From Zymomonas mobilis subsp. mobilis ATCC 10988 (GTDB taxonomy: Bacteria > Pseudomonadota > Alphaproteobacteria > Sphingomonadales > Sphingomonadaceae), in NCBI RefSeq assembly GCF_000175255.2, contig NC_017262.1, forward strand, positions 1,290,001 through 1,322,000: DNA of 32,000 bases, in the 5' to 3' direction. A program made the translations under genes and the position numbers. Shown here one piece after another: positions 1 through 9,140 of the stretch (positions are counted from its first letter, which is position 1; every line of letters begins with the position of its first letter). A model generated the notes under the pieces. That model saw only the letters and a program-made list of their open reading frames with translations. It ran no database searches and was not told the DNA's origin.

Positions 1-379
1 CGGCACCGGTTTCCGCGATAACGCGGGTTTTACCCATTCTTTTCGCTAATAAGACCTGACCGATGCAGTTATTGATTTTATGCGCACCCGTGTGATTAAG
101 ATCTTCACGCTTCAAATAGATTTTTGCGCCGCCCCAGGCTTCTGTCAGGCGAGGCGCGAAATAAAGCGGGCTAGGACGACCGACATAATGCTCTAGCAGA
201 TCATCTCTTTCTGCTATGAATGACGGGTCTTTCAATGCGCGCCGATATTCCTGATTAAGCTCAAGAATTAAAGGCATCAGGGTTTCGGGAACATATTGTC
301 CGCCGAATGTGCCAAAATGCCCTCCTGCATCAGGTTGGGCGCGAAGAGAATTCGGAAGAACAGAATTAGATTGTTTCAT
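1..379 (-). CDS. trpB: tryptophan synthase beta chain, N-terminal ~126 codons (gene continues beyond window start)
   Basis: Own minus-strand translation from ATG 379..377 gives [45 protein letters not shown]...[41 protein letters not shown]. It contains the PLP-lysine motif HTGAHKIN. The start overlaps the trpF stop (ATGA). It is missing from the ORF track only because it is open at the window edge. Confidence 0.93.
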   Translation of the reverse strand, partial: MKQSNSVLPNSLRAQPDAGGHFGTFGGQYVPETLMPLILELNQEYRRALKDPSFIAERDDLLEHYVGRPSPLYFAPRLTEAWGGAKIYLKREDLNHTGAHKINNCIGQVLLAKRMGKTRVIAETGA

Positions 380-1011
380 AATAGACGAACCGCTTGAAGG
401 AATTGGGCAATCTTGTCCATATCCTTGATACCGGGTGATGTTTCGACACCCGAAGAAATATCGACCAGTTCTGCACCAGTGATAGCGACGGCTTGGGCTA
501 TATTATTGGCATCAAGTCCGCCGGATAAAGCCCAAGGCAAAGGATGTTTATACTCTTTGAGTAAACGCCAGTCGAAGCGCCTGCCCATACCGCCCGGCAA
601 TACGCCATCGGTACGTGCATCGTAAAGCAACCGATCGGCTAAACCGCGATAATGCGGTGCCTGTGCCAAATCTTGGCTGTTGGCAATAGAAAGCGCTTTC
701 CATATTTTTACCTTAGGAAATGTCTCGCGGATGGAAGCTATCCGTTCAGCCGTTTCATGGCCGTGTAGCTGAAAACCCGTTAGGCCGGAAGCCAAGGCTC
801 TTTCCAGTAAATTATTATCGGGATCAACAAAAACGCCCATCTTCTGGACGTGGTCGGGGATCTGCCGGATCAGCATAGCCGCTTTTTCTGGTGTTACCGA
901 CCGTGGGCTTTTTTCAAAAAAGACAAAGCCGATGTAGTCTGCGCCATATCTGACGGCAGTCGCGACTGTCTCTTCTGTGGATAAACCACATATTTTTGTA
1001 CGAACCGACAT
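376..1011 (-). CDS. trpF: phosphoribosylanthranilate isomerase
   Basis: 211-aa ORF with a KICGL N-terminus, FVFFEKSPR and a LSGGL...NI C-terminal pattern typical of TrpF. It lies directly upstream of trpB and is translationally coupled to it. Confidence 0.95.
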   Translation of the reverse strand: MSVRTKICGLSTEETVATAVRYGADYIGFVFFEKSPRSVTPEKAAMLIRQIPDHVQKMGVFVDPDNNLLERALASGLTGFQLHGHETAERIASIRETFPKVKIWKALSIANSQDLAQAPHYRGLADRLLYDARTDGVLPGGMGRRFDWRLLKEYKHPLPWALSGGLDANNIAQAVAITGAELVDISSGVETSPGIKDMDKIAQFLQAVRLL

Positions 1012-1123
1012 TGTTATTACATCCGGAAAGAAACCCGTTGATCCCTTCAGATAAACTGAAAGTCCAGATACCTCTAAAGGATATTATCCATCGGGTCACA
1101 GTGTTTTTATGCTTCTCGGACGA

Positions 1124-1834
1124 TTATTTCCGGCGCAATTGTCTGGCAATAGCCGAGGCCACCTCGGCAGGTTCATCTGCACGGGTAATCGGGCGGCCAA
1201 TAACTAAAATAGAAGCGCCCCGATCCAAAGCATCGGCAGGCGTGCAAACCCGTTTTTGGTCACCAACGACACTATCGGCAGGCCGTATTCCGGGAACAAC
1301 AAAGAAGCCATCGCGCCATTCTTCATGCACCTGTTCGACTTCTTCACCAGAACAGACAATGCCATCCAGACCGGATCTACGTGCCAGACGTGCCAGTTTT
1401 TCAACCTGCGATTCTGGCGTTCCCGTCATGCCAATCACACCAAGATCACTTTGATCGAGACTGGTCAGAATAGTGACACCCACCACTTTCGAGCCTTTGT
1501 CTGCGGCCTTTTTGGCCGCGCGCATCATGGCTTCACCGCCTTCGGTATGAACCGTTAAAATAGCAGGCGGCGACTTGATCGCCTGAAACAAAGCCTCAAT
1601 CGCAGAAGCCACTGTATTCGGAATATCATGAAATTTGAGATCAAGAAAAATAGGCAGCCCTTGATCTGCGATTTTTTCAACCCCGTAATGGCCATGCGCC
1701 ATAAAAAATTCCAGACCAAGCTTGATCCCGCCAACATGAGGGCGGAGGATCGTCGCCAGCTTTTCAGCCTTTTTCAGGTCTGGTGTATCGAGGGCAACAA
1801 AAACGGGATTGGATAAAAAGTCAGTATTGGGCAC
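1124..1834 (-). CDS. pyrF: orotidine 5'-phosphate decarboxylase
   Basis: 236-aa ORF with VALD, FLDLKFHDIPNTV and ILVIGRPIT motifs characteristic of PyrF. Confidence 0.95.
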   Translation of the reverse strand: MPNTDFLSNPVFVALDTPDLKKAEKLATILRPHVGGIKLGLEFFMAHGHYGVEKIADQGLPIFLDLKFHDIPNTVASAIEALFQAIKSPPAILTVHTEGGEAMMRAAKKAADKGSKVVGVTILTSLDQSDLGVIGMTGTPESQVEKLARLARRSGLDGIVCSGEEVEQVHEEWRDGFFVVPGIRPADSVVGDQKRVCTPADALDRGASILVIGRPITRADEPAEVASAIARQLRRK

Positions 1835-1847
1835 AGTGCATCAAACT

Positions 1848-2162
1848 CTATTGGCCAGTGAAAGCTGAGTCATTCTTCGTGAGTGACGGCGTCTCTACCG
1901 GCGGGTTTTCTGGCTGCATATCTGCAATCTGACGGTTGAGCTTGTCAATCCTTCTACGCCAATTCCAACGGGAAGCGCTGTGATAAAGCAATGCCGGAAC
2001 CAGCCCAATTAAAAAGACTATCAATAATAACAAAACGATATTGATATCAGCTTCCCATCCCGGCCACATTTGGAGCTTGACAGAAATGTTATAATTGCTG
2101 GCACAAAAAGTAAGAAAAATGGCGAAAAGAACCGCCGCGAACATTGTACGTAAAAATTGCAT
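1848..2162 (-). CDS. small inner-membrane protein, LapA/YciS-like (DUF1049-like)
   Basis: 104 aa with two hydrophobic helices (FAAVLFAIFLTFCA and IVLLLLIVFLIGLVPALL) and a basic tail (RWNWRRRIDKLNRQI). It sits 13 nt upstream of pyrF, the position lapA occupies in enterics (remembered synteny). Confidence 0.6.
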   Translation of the reverse strand: MQFLRTMFAAVLFAIFLTFCASNYNISVKLQMWPGWEADINIVLLLLIVFLIGLVPALLYHSASRWNWRRRIDKLNRQIADMQPENPPVETPSLTKNDSAFTGQ

Positions 2163-2251
2163 AGGGCTATTCTCTCTTATTGTTTTTCATCAGGCAAGGT
2201 CAAATTAGAGGCGTTACTTGTCATATTTGCATTATGTTCGTATGAAAAAAT

Positions 2252-3619
2252 ATGGCCAAACAACAAAAACGGTATATCTGCCAATCCTGTGGCGCTGTTG
2301 CCACCAAATGGCAGGGACAATGCGCCGATTGTGGCGCATGGAATAGTTTAGTTGAAGAAAAGATAGCGCCTAAAACGCCTTTTACGAATCGTCATAATCT
2401 CCGAACTGGTGGAAATATTGTCAGATTGGGCAATCTGGCAACGGAACAACCCTTACCGGAACGTATGGTAACGGGTATCGCCGAATTTGATCGGGTGCTG
2501 GGCGGCGGCTTTGTTTCTGGATCGGCTACTTTAATTGGCGGTGATCCCGGTATCGGTAAATCCACTTTGCTTCTTCAAGCCGGCGTTCGATTGGCTCTAG
2601 CGGGCAAAGAAGTTGTCTATATTTCTGGTGAAGAAGCCGTTGACCAAATCCGGCTACGCGCAAAAAGACTGGGTTTCGGGCAAGCGCCCGTGCAATTAGC
2701 GGCGGCCTCTTCGGTTCGCGATATTCTCGCCACCTTGGAACAGTTACCGCATATTGATTTCCTGATTATAGATTCTATCCAGACGATGTATTCGGATATG
2801 ATCGAAGGCGCGCCGGGAACTGTCAGTCAGGTGCGCGCTTCATCGCAAGAATTGATTCGTTTCGCAAAAGAGGCGGGAGTTGCCTTAATTCTTGTGGGTC
2901 ATGTTACCAAAGATGGCGCTATCGCAGGGCCCCGCGTGCTTGAACATATGGTGGATACGGTTCTCGCTTTTGAAGGCGAGCGTAGCCATCAATATCGAAT
3001 ATTGCGCACCACAAAAAACCGTTTTGGCGGCACGGATGAAATCGGCGTTTTTTCCATGGCCGATCAGGGATTATCCGAAGTCTCCAATCCCAGCAGTCTG
3101 TTCCTAACAACAAGAGATGAAAATATGAGCGGAGCCATTGTCTTTCCGGCAATGGAAGGCACGCGCCCCGTTCTGGTTGAAATGCAGGCTTTGACCGTTC
3201 GGCTTTCTAGTGGTGCCACACCTAGACGCGCTGTCGTTGGATGGGATTCTGGACGTTTAGCGATGATTTTGGCCGTGTTAGAAGCGCGTTGCGGGTTAAA
3301 TTTTTCCTCGGCTGAAGTGTATTTGAATGTCGCGGGCGGGTATCGTGTAACCGATCCTGCCGCTGATCTTGCGGTTGCCGTGGCGCTTATTTCTGCTTTG
3401 GCAGAACGGCCTATTCCCTCTGAAACCGTGGCCTTCGGTGAAATCGCTTTATCGGGTGAAATTCGACCGGTTGCCCATAGTCGGTTGCGATTACGGGAAT
3501 CCGCTAAGCTGGGATTCACCAAGGCTCTGATACCGAAAATGGTTGAAAATAAGGAGAATATTGCATTCTCTTCTTTTTCAACCCTTCGTCAATGTGTGGA
3601 TTATTTACTAGGACGTTAA
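2252..3619 (+). CDS. radA: DNA repair protein RadA (Sms)
   Basis: 455 aa with an N-terminal zinc ribbon (CQSCG...CADCGAWNS), Walker A GGDPGIGKST, a KNRFG motif and a C-terminal Lon-protease-like domain. Confidence 0.97.
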   Translation: MAKQQKRYICQSCGAVATKWQGQCADCGAWNSLVEEKIAPKTPFTNRHNLRTGGNIVRLGNLATEQPLPERMVTGIAEFDRVLGGGFVSGSATLIGGDPGIGKSTLLLQAGVRLALAGKEVVYISGEEAVDQIRLRAKRLGFGQAPVQLAAASSVRDILATLEQLPHIDFLIIDSIQTMYSDMIEGAPGTVSQVRASSQELIRFAKEAGVALILVGHVTKDGAIAGPRVLEHMVDTVLAFEGERSHQYRILRTTKNRFGGTDEIGVFSMADQGLSEVSNPSSLFLTTRDENMSGAIVFPAMEGTRPVLVEMQALTVRLSSGATPRRAVVGWDSGRLAMILAVLEARCGLNFSSAEVYLNVAGGYRVTDPAADLAVAVALISALAERPIPSETVAFGEIALSGEIRPVAHSRLRLRESAKLGFTKALIPKMVENKENIAFSSFSTLRQCVDYLLGR

Positions 3620-4347
3620 TGACCAATTTTCATCCAGTCGATTTAGCCGTTTTGGCCTTACTGATTATTTGTGGCTTTACAGGTTTTTGGCGCGGTTTCA
3701 TTGGCGCGGCACTTTCTCTTTTTGCTTGGGTTGCCGCAATTATCGCTGTCAGAATAGGACATGTCTCGGCTGCCAATATTGTCCATAATTGGCTGGGTGT
3801 AGGTCTTTTTGGGGCGAATTTAATTTCTTTCGTCTTACTCTTCGTGACAGTCTATTTTGTGGGTCAATGGTTATCAGATAGTATCGGTGCCAAGGTAAGA
3901 CGCTCTTTTCTGGCTTTTCCAGATAGGGTGCTGGGTGCGGGTTTTGGGGCTATAAAGGGCGCCATTATTGCCGAATGTCTGTTCCTTGTTATCATCCTGA
4001 TAAATGCAACTTTTTCGACCCATTATAAACATCGTGTCCCGCTATGGTTAGAATCGGCTGTTAGTTATCCGTGGCTACAAAATGGCAGCACGGCTATTCT
4101 CGATTATGCCGGTATTCCTGACCCAAGCTGGATTGGGCAGCATATTCGCGAAAATGGGAAATCTGAAAAAACAAGCTGGCCGATAGATAAAGTAACTTCT
4201 TATCGAAAAAAGATGATGTCCAAGCCTATTGAAGAGGCTTTTTTTCCTACTGATACCGATAATGACAGCAAGGCATCCGAGGATGCTACTCCCAGCTTAC
4301 CTAAAAAGAAAAATCATCCTAAAAAGCCCGTCTTAAAGAATGAATAG
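3619..4347 (+). CDS. cvpA: CvpA-family (colicin V production) membrane protein
   Basis: Start moved to ATG 3619, which overlaps the radA stop (TAATG). 242 aa with about 4 TM helices in a CvpA-like N-terminal arrangement (DLAVLALLIICGFTGFWRGFI...) and a Lys-rich C-terminal tail. Confidence 0.78.
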   Translation: MTNFHPVDLAVLALLIICGFTGFWRGFIGAALSLFAWVAAIIAVRIGHVSAANIVHNWLGVGLFGANLISFVLLFVTVYFVGQWLSDSIGAKVRRSFLAFPDRVLGAGFGAIKGAIIAECLFLVIILINATFSTHYKHRVPLWLESAVSYPWLQNGSTAILDYAGIPDPSWIGQHIRENGKSEKTSWPIDKVTSYRKKMMSKPIEEAFFPTDTDNDSKASEDATPSLPKKKNHPKKPVLKNE

Positions 4348-4557
4348 GCCAAAATAGTGCATTCTAACGGTTGTCGACTTGTCTTATCTTCCATTCCTCG
4401 GCGGCCTTTTGAAGGGCTAGGGCAAAAATTTATTAAAAAAACAGAATACTATTTTCTAATCGCTTATAAGGGCGTTTAATAAATTTCTTTTTTAGGCCTA
4501 AAAAATATCTGGTAAATTCTTCCATATTTTGAGGCTCTAATTTGGGGTAGCTTTTCT

Positions 4558-5007
4558 ATGGCAGAACCACTTTATACGCGAGATATTCTTAAATTAGCGA
4601 CCTCTATCCCGTTTGAAGAACGGTTGGAAATAGCCGATGGTCGCGCCGAAAAACGTGCGCCTATTTGTGGTAGTCAAATGGCCTGTGATGTCTGTCTTGA
4701 TGATAACCAACATATCACAGAAATAGGGCTAGACATTTCAGCTTGTGCTTTGGGGCAGGCTTCGGCAGCTTTAATGGGTCAGGATATTATCGGGCGTTCT
4801 TTGCCGGAATTAAAAGAAACACTTCGGCAATTAAAGGCATATCTTGCTGGAGAAATCGAAGATATCACAAGCTGGCCTAGCTTAATGGCTTTATCGGCAG
4901 CACGTCCTCATAAGGGCCGTCATGGAGCCATCTGTTTGCCGTTTGAAACGGTTATCGCTGCCTTTGAAGCGGCTATGGTCGCAAAAACAGAGGCTTTGCC
5001 CGCCTGA
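4558..5007 (+). CDS. NifU-N/IscU/SufU-like iron-sulfur cluster scaffold protein
   Basis: 149 aa with three Cys-containing motifs (APICGS, ISACALGQASA, HGAICLPFE) spaced as in U-type Fe-S scaffold proteins. Confidence 0.7.
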   Translation: MAEPLYTRDILKLATSIPFEERLEIADGRAEKRAPICGSQMACDVCLDDNQHITEIGLDISACALGQASAALMGQDIIGRSLPELKETLRQLKAYLAGEIEDITSWPSLMALSAARPHKGRHGAICLPFETVIAAFEAAMVAKTEALPA

Positions 5008-5044
5008 ATTTGACCTTGTCAGGATGTCAGGAGTAAAGCCTTTT

Positions 5045-5419
5045 ATGAAACGTGACTATATCTCTGCTTTAGCCGCCTTATCAGCGGCAATCGCTGTCGC
5101 TTTTGGTGCTGCCGGTGCGCATCTATTCCATGATCAGGCCGCTTTATGGGCAAAAACGGGGGCTGATTTTCAGTTAATCCATGCTGTCGCCGTGCTGGCT
5201 ATCAGGATAAAAATGCCCAATAAATTACCAAGCCTTCTTCTTTTGATCGGTGCTTTTCTTTTTTCATCCTCTCTTTATAGCCTTGCCTTGGATGCGCCCA
5301 AAATCGTCGCGCATATAGCTCCGATAGGTGGGTCTTTGATGATTGCGGGATGGTTGGTGACCGCTGTCTTTTTCTGGCTAGGTCAATCTAGGCATATGAA
5401 CAAAAAAGACCGCCCGTGA
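5045..5419 (+). CDS. DUF423 (YgdD-like) membrane protein
   Basis: Start set at ATG 5045, preceded by AGGAG (5029-5033). The longer track ORF from 4922 overlaps the previous gene. 124 aa with 4 hydrophobic helices and an AFGAAGAH motif. Confidence 0.7.
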   Translation: MKRDYISALAALSAAIAVAFGAAGAHLFHDQAALWAKTGADFQLIHAVAVLAIRIKMPNKLPSLLLLIGAFLFSSSLYSLALDAPKIVAHIAPIGGSLMIAGWLVTAVFFWLGQSRHMNKKDRP

Positions 5420-5437
5420 CAAAATATCAGGGCGGCC
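5408..5437. terminator. hairpin between convergent DUF423 gene and aroB (possible bidirectional terminator)
   Basis: GACCGCCC (5408-5415) pairs with GGGCGGCC (5430-5437) at 7 of 8 positions. An A-run lies upstream and a T/A-rich tract downstream. The stem overlaps the DUF423 stop codon. Confidence 0.5.
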
Positions 5438-5461
5438 TTCATTTCAAAAAATAATATAGAA

Positions 5462-6601
5462 TTAAATCGTGCCTTTACGTGCCAATGGGCTATCCAAAAA
5501 GGCTGCAATTTCTTCAAGATTAACTTCTTTATCCAAAAAGCTTTTCCCGATGCCCCGTGCCAAAAGGAAGGGAAGGCGGCCAGCTTCCATTTTTTTGTCA
5601 TGCATCATATGGGCAACCAACTCTTTACCAGAGGCTTTGACACCGGCTTCTTCAAGGCTGGCGGGAAGATCCGTTTCTCTCAAATGCGTAATAATCCGCT
5701 GAACATCTTCTTTAGATGCCAGATTTTTGACATAGGAAAAGCCAAAGGCCAGAGCAGAACCAGCAGCCACGGCTTCACCGTGGAATAATTTATCAGAAAA
5801 TCCGGTATCTGCTTCTAACGCATGACCGAAAGTATGACCCAAATTTAAGAGAGCGCGTTTCCCGCTGATTTCTTTTTCGTCATCAGCAACAATAAGGGCT
5901 TTTGCACGGATGCTATGTTCAATTGCATACAGACGGCTGGCTTTATCCCCTTCGATCAGAGCCGCACCATGCTCTTCACACCATGCAAAGAAATCAGGAT
6001 CATCAATAAGACCGTATTTGATAATCTCGCCATAGCCAGCACGAAGCTGCCGAGCAGGCAATGTCTGAAGGGCATCAGGATCAATCAGAACAAAAACAGG
6101 TTGATGGAATGCACCAATCAGGTTTTTCCCAGCTTCGCAATTGATCGCCGTTTTTCCGCCAACCGAAGAATCCACCTGCGCCAAAAGGCTGGTGGGTATC
6201 TGAATAAATTGGCAGCCTCTTTTCAAAATAGCGGCAGCAAATCCGACCAGATCACCGATCACGCCACCACCCAAAGCAATGATAGCATCCCGCCGTTCAA
6301 CACCACGCCGGATAAGCTGATCGCAAAGTTCAGCCAGATGGTGCCAACTCTTAGTGGCTTCACCTGCTGGCAAGATAATAGAATCTACCGTAACACCTGC
6401 CTGATGAAAGGATTTTTCAAATTCAGGTAGCTGACAGCGGGCAACATTTTCATCCGTAATGACAATAAAACGCCGATTACGGACATAAGGGGTCAAAATA
6501 GAGACCGCCTGCTGATAAAGGCCTGCGCCAATGTCGATTTTATAGCTGTGATTGCCAAGATCAATCGGCACGGTGACGGTTTTTGAAACTTCACTGCTCA
6601 T
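5462..6601 (-). CDS. aroB: 3-dehydroquinate synthase
   Basis: 379 aa with the glycine-rich LGGGVIGDLVGFAA motif, a DSSVGGKT motif and HTFGHALE metal ligands. It has a 4-nt overlap with aroK upstream. Confidence 0.96.
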   Translation of the reverse strand: MSSEVSKTVTVPIDLGNHSYKIDIGAGLYQQAVSILTPYVRNRRFIVITDENVARCQLPEFEKSFHQAGVTVDSIILPAGEATKSWHHLAELCDQLIRRGVERRDAIIALGGGVIGDLVGFAAAILKRGCQFIQIPTSLLAQVDSSVGGKTAINCEAGKNLIGAFHQPVFVLIDPDALQTLPARQLRAGYGEIIKYGLIDDPDFFAWCEEHGAALIEGDKASRLYAIEHSIRAKALIVADDEKEISGKRALLNLGHTFGHALEADTGFSDKLFHGEAVAAGSALAFGFSYVKNLASKEDVQRIITHLRETDLPASLEEAGVKASGKELVAHMMHDKKMEAGRLPFLLARGIGKSFLDKEVNLEEIAAFLDSPLARKGTI

Positions 6602-7128
6602 CGCGGTAACGCCATTATTATTGCATCCACTATTTCTTCATGGGGCTGCGCCCCAGTCCAGACATGTAAAGGTGCCATTGCATAAAAAGAGTCGCGGATA
6701 TCGGCCAGTTCCTGCAAACGGGTGCGGACATCATGTCCGATTAACAAAGGTCGATCAGCCTGTTTTGTGACCCTTTCGGCCAAAGTATCAATATCGGCTT
6801 TGACCCAGATCGCCAATGTTTTTTCAAGAACCAGTTTCCGTGTTTCTTCATCCATAAAGGCGCCACCTCCCACAGCCAAGACTTTGGGTTCGCCAGCAAT
6901 AAGGCGTGAAATGACACGGCGTTCACCATTACGAAAATAGTTTTCACCGTAGCGGGCAAATATCTCTGTTATGGATTGTCCGGCAGCTTCTTCGATTTCC
7001 AGATCTGAATCTGAAAAAGGCATGTTAAGCTGGCTGGCCAGACGACGACCAATAGTAGACTTGCCAACGCCCATCATACCGATCAAGGTAATTGTGCGCG
7101 GATATGGAGAAGAAGGGCTTTGCAGCAT
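6598..7128 (-). CDS. aroK: shikimate kinase
   Basis: P-loop GMMGVGKSTIGRRLA. Start set at ATG 7128 because the track start at 7167 is a TTG. It forms an aroK-aroB operon. Confidence 0.93.
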   Translation of the reverse strand: MLQSPSSPYPRTITLIGMMGVGKSTIGRRLASQLNMPFSDSDLEIEEAAGQSITEIFARYGENYFRNGERRVISRLIAGEPKVLAVGGGAFMDEETRKLVLEKTLAIWVKADIDTLAERVTKQADRPLLIGHDVRTRLQELADIRDSFYAMAPLHVWTGAQPHEEIVDAIIMALPR

Positions 7129-7220
7129 GGCCAAGACGCTATACACGAAAGAAATGAGATTACACAATTATCTAGGTTAATGAATAAATGAGCAAAATCG
7201 GCTGACTTTTGAGGATGGGT

Positions 7221-7358
7221 ATGTCAATTTTACGCGCTTTCCTGTTAGGAATCATATTTATTGTGATCGTTGGCTTTTTCAGCCTTGGCTTCATGCATTT
7301 TGAAGCTCCGATTCGTTCTATCGAAAAAGACGTCGGTAATGACGTGCTTGCTCGCTAA
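7221..7358 (+). CDS. candidate 45-aa single-TM small protein (unannotated, below ORF-track cutoff)
   Basis: ATG 7221 is preceded by GAGGA (7211-7215). Own translation gives MSILRAFLLGIIFIVIVGFFSLGFMHFEAPIRSIEKDVGNDVLAR, with a TAA stop at 7356-7358. It overlaps the likely ATG (7339) of the downstream gene by 20 nt. Confidence 0.35.
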   Translation: MSILRAFLLGIIFIVIVGFFSLGFMHFEAPIRSIEKDVGNDVLAR

Positions 7359-9099
7359 AACTGTTTGTAACAATTTGGCTAAAGACAGACGGAAGCCCTT
7401 CACAGGTCGTTATTGGCGGCAATGGGTATTCTTCCTATCTTTTGGCATGTTCACTGGAATAATGAGCAGTGGCGTTTGTTTCGGACAGAGTCAAACATCA
7501 TCTGCTCATTCTTATTCGGTTCATGCTTTAAAACATCCTATTAGGATAGAAAAAAAAGAAAAAACCGAAAAAAAAGACGGAAATTATCTTTTTTGGCAGA
7601 ATAGCGGCCTTATCAGCGGGGCAAAGGCAGGTAATTTAAGAGATGGCTGGGGCAATAACCCCTCTGGTCGTTATCTTACCAGCCTGATGCTGCATGTGGA
7701 TACGCCTTTGGCCTCACGCTGGGCAGAAATCATGCTGCGGCGCGCTTTGATCTTAAAAGCGTTACCAAGAGATGTCTCGCCCCAAGGCTGGATAGCCGCA
7801 AGGGCGAATCTGCTGCTGCAGTTAGGGGAGGCGGATGCAGCGAGAGCGCTCATCCAAAAGTCAGGGCTTGCCCCTGATGCTCTTTTGCTAGACGCAACCG
7901 TTAAAACGGTTCTGGCGACGGCTGATCCGGCTGGACTCTGCCCTTTACTACCTTATTTTGCCAATACTGACCTAAAAGATGCCAATGAAACTTTGGTGCG
8001 TGCTTTATGTGCAGGGTTGGGTGGCGATGATGCCGTCTCTAGTTGGCTATTCAGCCGTGCCAATTATAAAGGTGACCAAACAGACCGAAAATTGGCGCAA
8101 AAGCTTGCTCTTGCAGGCAGCCATGACAATCATACGATCCATATCAATCGGGGTGAAGTCGGTCACTTAACACCATGGCGTTTTGGCATGGCGACTGCCG
8201 CCGGTCTTTTATTACCTGACTATCTTTATGGCAGTCTTAATCCAGCCTATTGGGCTTTCCTTGCACGATCAACGATGATTCCGGCAAGATCAAGGGTAAC
8301 CGCTATTAGAAAAGCCGCTGTCCTTGGCGTTTTTTCAAATTCGGCTCTTGTCGATTTTTATTCATCCCTGTCTGCTAGTGACAATGAACATGATAATAAT
8401 GATCTTGTCATAAATGATGATATTCCCAATTTAAAGCAGGCTTATATCAACAGGGATGAGACAAGCCGTGTCAAAGCGATTGAGAATTTGATACGCAATG
8501 GCGATGATGCAGATGAGCATTATGCGGGGATGATTCTCACTGCACGAGCCGCAAGCTATATCACCCCCAATAAACGCTATCGTGATATTATTCCCGATTT
8601 GTTGGGGGCTATGTTCTCAGCCGGTTTCGATCAAGCGGCTACCCGATGGGCATCGGCTGTCAAAGACATGGATAAAGAGCAGAGCGATCCTGCATGGATA
8701 TTATTGGCACTGGGATCGCCGGATAAAGTCATGGATTTAAGCCGTAATCATATTCGGCATTTTATCGAGCAAACCAACCAGAGTGACCCTTGGCGTGGTC
8801 GTATGGCTGTAGCGGCTTTGGCAGGCCTCGATCGGATTGACGAAGAAGAAAGCTGGTGGTTCCAAATCCATTATGATAATTTTTTGCATGACGAAAATTC
8901 TTGGGTCAAAGCCCTTGATAAGGCCGCTTTGTCGCATGCTCCGGCAACGGTCGCTTTACTTGTCGCGATCGGTATGCAAAATCGTTCATGGCGGTCGGTC
9001 GCCCCTTCGACTTTTTATCATATGTTGAAAGCGATGAAAAAAGTCGGCCTTGAAAATGAAGCGCGGATGATGGCGGTTGAAATGATGAGCCGCACATAA
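7339..9099 (+). CDS. conserved hypothetical protein with N-terminal signal-like segment
   Basis: Long uninterrupted ORF; the track start at 7270 is a TTG. The first ATG at 7339 gives 586 aa, with a basic n-region followed by the hydrophobic WVFFLSFGMFTGIMSSGVCFG. I recognise no domain. It lies between aroK and xerD. Confidence 0.8.
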   Translation: MTCLLAKTVCNNLAKDRRKPFTGRYWRQWVFFLSFGMFTGIMSSGVCFGQSQTSSAHSYSVHALKHPIRIEKKEKTEKKDGNYLFWQNSGLISGAKAGNLRDGWGNNPSGRYLTSLMLHVDTPLASRWAEIMLRRALILKALPRDVSPQGWIAARANLLLQLGEADAARALIQKSGLAPDALLLDATVKTVLATADPAGLCPLLPYFANTDLKDANETLVRALCAGLGGDDAVSSWLFSRANYKGDQTDRKLAQKLALAGSHDNHTIHINRGEVGHLTPWRFGMATAAGLLLPDYLYGSLNPAYWAFLARSTMIPARSRVTAIRKAAVLGVFSNSALVDFYSSLSASDNEHDNNDLVINDDIPNLKQAYINRDETSRVKAIENLIRNGDDADEHYAGMILTARAASYITPNKRYRDIIPDLLGAMFSAGFDQAATRWASAVKDMDKEQSDPAWILLALGSPDKVMDLSRNHIRHFIEQTNQSDPWRGRMAVAALAGLDRIDEEESWWFQIHYDNFLHDENSWVKALDKAALSHAPATVALLVAIGMQNRSWRSVAPSTFYHMLKAMKKVGLENEARMMAVEMMSRT

Positions 9100-9140
9100 A
9101 AGATAGCCTTTAATCTCTATTTTGTTTTAAGAATGGGCTA

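Noticed and set aside
996-1454. 152-aa plus-strand ORF overlapping pyrF. Similar shadow ORFs occur opposite radA (3064-3522), aroB (5915-6430), aroK (6722-6940) and the kinase gene (12474-12994).
   Set aside because: These are shadow ORFs opposite well-supported genes, with no recognisable motifs.
2236-2251. Alpha-proteobacterial LexA-box half-site (GTTC) just upstream of radA.
   Set aside because: Only one GTTC is present. The second GTTC at N7 spacing is absent.
4488-4505. Perfect 18-bp palindrome TTTTTTAGGCCTAAAAAA upstream of the NifU-like gene.
   Set aside because: It is real in the sequence. It is short and AT-dominated, with only a 6-bp GC core and no stable stem or known operator consensus that I can assign. 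It is noted only as a possible weak operator or terminator remnant.
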